DNA of 63,752 nt, the filler included, from Pelomyxa schiedti (lineage: Eukaryota > Protista > Evosea): NCBI GenBank assembly GCA_020536535.1. It is 7 parts of 7 records of this genome, joined end to end, with 100 filler letters (N's around TTAATTAATTAA, not from the genome) between each part and the next. Parts side by side here need not be neighbours in the genome. Positions count along the whole stretch, not along the records: positions 62,371 to 63,752 come from JAHLWZ010002553.1; 6 more parts are not named here. The stretch is one strand, 5' to 3'. Each line of letters begins with the position of its first letter. Within the stretch, counting starts at the first letter, position 1. The translations under genes were made by a program, and so were the position numbers. Under the pieces are notes generated by a model that searched no databases, was not told the origin of the DNA, and was given only the letters and a program-made list of their open reading frames with translations. Positions 62,457 through 63,752 of the stretch are shown here, piece after piece.

Positions 62457-63462
62457 TGGTTTGATGTTGATCAAAGGGACGCGAAAAAAATAGAAAAGGA
62501 ACCAACAAACCACCAATTCAGACCAACCCACAATTCAACATGGAATCACGTTTTTGCCTGGAAAAGATACAAGTGAGTTTGCTCATTAGCGATAATGTCA
62601 ATGAACGCAAATAACTGCCTTGTGTGTGATGAGTGTTACCTCACGGTGCCCACATGGGTGAAACTGGATGTTGTGTGGCCTCTCATCACACACAAGGCAG
62701 TTCAACCATTGGCGTTGTCAATTGGAGAGAGACGTGCCGTTACCGATGCAGTACACCCAGGAAGCGTTGTGGTGGCTGCTTGTGAAGGTGTGGATGTGTA
62801 CTTCGCCAAAGTTATATCCATCACAGCCTGTTGTGCTTGTGGGAGCAAGTCAGAGAGCTGTCAGCTCTTTAGTTTTTCGACCTGAGTTTGGGTGAGGAGT
62901 CTCTCCTGTAGTATGGTTAATCCCACGTATTTGGCACTTTTCGGCTTGTGTCGTTACGGTTATCGGACGAATTTTTCGGACCGTTAACCACATGGCTTTG
63001 CTGTCGCTGTGGGCTGTGTGGTCAACAAAACCACTTTATGCCAGCGGTGTTGTGTTGTTGGACTCGCGGGGCACACGCGGGACAACAACTGAGCCATTCC
63101 AAAAAAAAAACGATCCCGCCAGGGCTTAACCAACCACTGGTTCGGTTGCGCCTTATCAAAAACTTGTGTGATTAGCAGCGGTGCTGTTGCTGTTTAGCCT
63201 CACGTTGACGTAGTCACGTCGTTTTTGGCCTGTTAACAAACTCCCTCAGTATTTTCGTGGACCCACATCCATTGGGGTTCTGTTGTGACTCCTCGGAGAC
63301 ATCAACACGAGCCTCCCCGTGTAGTTTCCCTCAGGGGCGAAGATGGCCACCCTGACCTGGTCGGCTGTTGTGTCCGTCCTTTTTTGCGTTTATTACAAAG
63401 GAAAATGCCGGGAGGTGATGCGTCCATAAAAAAAAAAAAAAATAACCCCTTCAAATAGGAGA

Positions 63463-63752
63463 CTACTTGTGGGTGGGTTTACTTTGAGGGAGTGGACAAT
63501 CATATGAACACTGGTCCACTGTTGGAATCAGCTGCTTGGCAAGCCCATAGAAGCTTTGGTTTTTGGTTAAGAGAGGATAATAGATAGATTTTATGGAGTG
63601 TGAGGGCGGTTGTAGTGGTACTGGGAATTTTCCTTTCAAATGAGCATGATTGCCACTCTGGAACGTCGAGGCAACCAGGGATCGGGAGCTGTTTTCCGTT
63701 GTAAACAACTCGAATGAAATCCTTGCCCTGAACAGTGTACAGCTCAAACATG
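63463..63752 (-). CDS. 3' end of a probable histidine acid phosphatase-family protein
   Basis: FELY....DFIRVVYNGKQLPIPGC......CSFE|.F resembles the C-terminal strands of His-acid phosphatases; the catalytic motif lies outside the window. Confidence 0.5.
   Translation of the reverse strand, partial: CLSCTLFRARISFELFTTENSSRSLVASTFQSGNHAHLKGKFPVPLQPPSHSIKSIYYPLLTKNQSFYGLAKQLIPTVDQCSYDCPLPQSKPTHK

Overview
Intron-rich eukaryotic (protist) genomic DNA with many short (~40-90 nt) GT-AG introns, very compact intergenic spacers and large lineage-specific gene families. The 'ARDQ...RCG' and ankyrin-like families recall the archamoeba Pelomyxa; this is inference from memory, not a search. The window is a concatenation of contigs: six 100-nt N-linkers carry TTAATTAATTAA, and there are two plain 100-N gaps. 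Housekeeping genes include ELL, a PQ-loop transporter, TRAPPC6, DnaJ-thioredoxin, RPB8, Ras, ASNSD1, a BRCT protein, a Shewanella-like phosphatase and tRNA-Gln(TTG). Main finding: two tandem ankyrin/coiled-coil/ubiquitin-like/TKL-kinase genes (39449.. and 44177..). What looks like a single ~1.0-1.3 kb repetitive intron in each resolves into 11 and 13 phase-0 microexons, mostly single codons (AG|NNN|GT). These would build the loop between two ankyrin repeats one residue at a time, a candidate combinatorial system for diversifying a binding loop. Also present: a small-GTPase/PINK1-like kinase fusion, a TRIM-like RING-Bbox-Bbox-FN3-glycine-rich protein, head-to-head paralog pairs, and two intron-containing DDE-type transposases. 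All exon structures were inferred by eye without RNA data.
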